A stretch of 64,000 bases of DNA from Candidatus Limnocylindrales bacterium (lineage in GTDB: Bacteria; Chloroflexota; Limnocylindria; Limnocylindrales; CSP1-4): NCBI GenBank assembly GCA_046707905.1, contig JBKKDM010000008.1, forward strand, positions 3,367 to 67,366, given 5' to 3'. How positions within the stretch are numbered: position 1 is the stretch's first letter; every line of letters starts with the position of its first letter. Below are positions 62,708 to 64,000 of the stretch, in pieces. The translations under genes and the position numbers were made by a program. Below the pieces are notes generated by a model. That model searched no databases. It saw nothing but the letters and a program-made list of their open reading frames with translations, and had not been told where the DNA came from.

Positions 62708-62965
62708 AAGTCGCGGGGACGGTCGGGCTCTGCCGCCAGTTCTCGCCACCGCCCCGGGTGGCGCCCTGGTCGATCAGGCCAGGGCCCGCGCGAATATCGA
62801 CGCCGCCGCTCCGCCCATCGCTCGAGGGGCCGGAGGGCACGGTCGCCGGCGACAACACGGTCCTCGTTCTGTTCGCGGACGGGGCGCGCCTCGTTCGCTG
62901 GCGTGACCGGCCCGCCGACATGCACCGGCAGGTGACCGGGTAGTCGGCCGGCACACGCCGCCAGG

Positions 62966-63607
62966 TCAGACCTCCGGGTCGGGCCCGCCGCTCCCGGCGC
63001 CGCCGCTCCCGGCGCGCGCCCGGGCCTGCAGCACGTCGATCACCTGCGTCGGCGAGACGCCGCGCTCGGCCAGCACCACGAGCTCGTGATACAGCAGGTC
63101 GGCGACCTCGCAGGCGAGCGCTGCGCGGGTGGCCGTCCGGTCCTGTTGGGCGGATTCCGCTACCGCGTCATTCTTCGCGGCGATGAGGACCTCGGTGGCC
63201 TCCTCCACGACCTTGCGCGAGGCGGCGTCGACGCCGCCGGCCAGGAGGCTCGCGGTGTACGAACCGGCCGGCGCCGCGGCAGCCCGGGCCTCGATCGTTG
63301 CCCACAGCTCGCCGAGCCAGGCGAACCCCGGCCCGGGCCCCGGCTCCCGGTGCGCCGCGCCTGCCCCATCGGGTGCACCGGCGCGATCGAAGCACGATCG
63401 AGTCTCGCGGTGGCATGTGGGGCCCGCGGGATCCACCTCCAGCAGGATCGCGTCGCGGTCGCAGTCGAGCGAAACACGCCGGAGCCGGAGGACGTTGCCC
63501 GACGTCTCGCCCTTCCGCCACAGCCGGTTCCGGGACCGCGAATGGAAGTGGACCTCGCCGGTCTCGAGCGTGGCCGCGTAGGCCTCGCCGTCCATCCAGC
63601 CAAGCAT
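62966..63607 (-). CDS. hisI: bifunctional phosphoribosyl-AMP cyclohydrolase / phosphoribosyl-ATP pyrophosphatase; true N-terminus probably upstream of 63607
   Basis: [40 protein letters not shown] (HisI), then [15 protein letters not shown] ... [13 protein letters not shown] (HisE). The frame continues upstream as [16 protein letters not shown] with no ATG/GTG/TTG. Confidence 0.8.
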   Translation of the reverse strand: MLGWMDGEAYAATLETGEVHFHSRSRNRLWRKGETSGNVLRLRRVSLDCDRDAILLEVDPAGPTCHRETRSCFDRAGAPDGAGAAHREPGPGPGFAWLGELWATIEARAAAAPAGSYTASLLAGGVDAASRKVVEEATEVLIAAKNDAVAESAQQDRTATRAALACEVADLLYHELVVLAERGVSPTQVIDVLQARARAGSGGAGSGGPDPEV

Positions 63608-64000
63608 CAGGACGGTTCCGTCGGCCGCATCCTGGACGATCGCCGGGGCCAGGCCGCCGCTGTCCCAGGCCGGCCCGGTAACGCCGCGCCCGCCACGGCG
63701 CGGAAGGCCAGGCCCGCTCCGGCCAGCGCCCGCTTGGCATCGGCGATCGAGACGAGGCGGCGATGGAAGATGGAGGCGGCGAGGACCGCGTCCGCACCGC
63801 CCTCGACGATCGCGGCGACCATGTCGGCCGGACCCGCGGCCCCGCCCGACGCGATGACCGGCACCCGGACTCGATCGACGATCGCCCGCAGGAGCGCGGT
63901 GTCATAGCCCGTCCCCGTGCCGTCGCGGTCGATGGACGTGACCAGCAGCTCGCCGGCCCCGAGCTCGACGGCCCGCTCCGCCCAGGCGATCGCGTCCAGC
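63607..64000 (-). CDS. hisF: imidazole glycerol phosphate synthase cyclase subunit, C-terminal part (5' end outside the window)
   Basis: [22 protein letters not shown] (hand translation of 63901-64000), then [33 protein letters not shown]. About 30 aa non-conserved tail before the stop. Confidence 0.85.
   Translation of the reverse strand, partial: LDAIAWAERAVELGAGELLVTSIDRDGTGTGYDTALLRAIVDRVRVPVIASGGAAGPADMVAAIVEGGADAVLAASIFHRRLVSIADAKRALAGAGLAFRAVAGAALPGRPGTAAAWPRRSSRMRPTEPS

Noticed and set aside
1-64000. CRISPR arrays, rRNA genes and long inverted-repeat transposon ends
   Set aside because: No regularly spaced short direct repeats, rRNA-like conserved blocks or IS-type terminal inverted repeats were seen on reading. 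A computational scan (CRISPR array detection tools, Infernal/Rfam, ISEScan) would be needed for certainty.

Overview
Very GC-rich bacterial chromosomal window (judged by eye, not computed). Gene content looks Actinomycetota-like or Chloroflexota-like; I cannot assign taxonomy from sequence alone. I found no rRNA, tRNA or CRISPR array by reading. About 60 protein genes are supportable. Housekeeping and metabolic genes: a PotA/PotD-type ABC importer, 7Fe ferredoxin, proC, the homogentisate route (hppD, an FAH-family hydrolase, hmgA), korAB flanked by CBS-domain genes, an M24 peptidase, copA, ogt, fabD with two KAS genes, ilvD, hisIE and hisF. Four things stand out. (1) There are six paralogous ECF sigma factor genes. 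Each overlaps by the 4 nt ATGA a downstream single-pass membrane partner that lacks a zinc anti-sigma motif. Each is preceded by the same promoter-like motif, GAAC-N20-hexamer. (2) A minus-strand operon at 17268-24174 encodes four proteins: a membrane protein with three PASTA repeats and no kinase or PBP domain, a 1033-aa HerA/FtsK-superfamily P-loop ATPase, and two lysine/glutamate/glycine/proline-rich proteins predicted to be disordered. I cannot match this combination to any described system. (3) That operon is bracketed by 111-nt direct repeats of the 3' end of hmgA. More degenerate copies of the same hairpin-containing element separate the next gene modules downstream. This suggests serial island accretion at the hmgA 3' end, or segmental duplication there. 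(4) A 1300-aa protein with two cyclase domains plus AAA and TPR regions lies next to an MFS transporter fused to a cyclic-nucleotide-binding domain. A decayed remnant of a similar cyclase regulator lies elsewhere in the window. Many long ORFs in the track are GC-driven antisense artefacts and were rejected.
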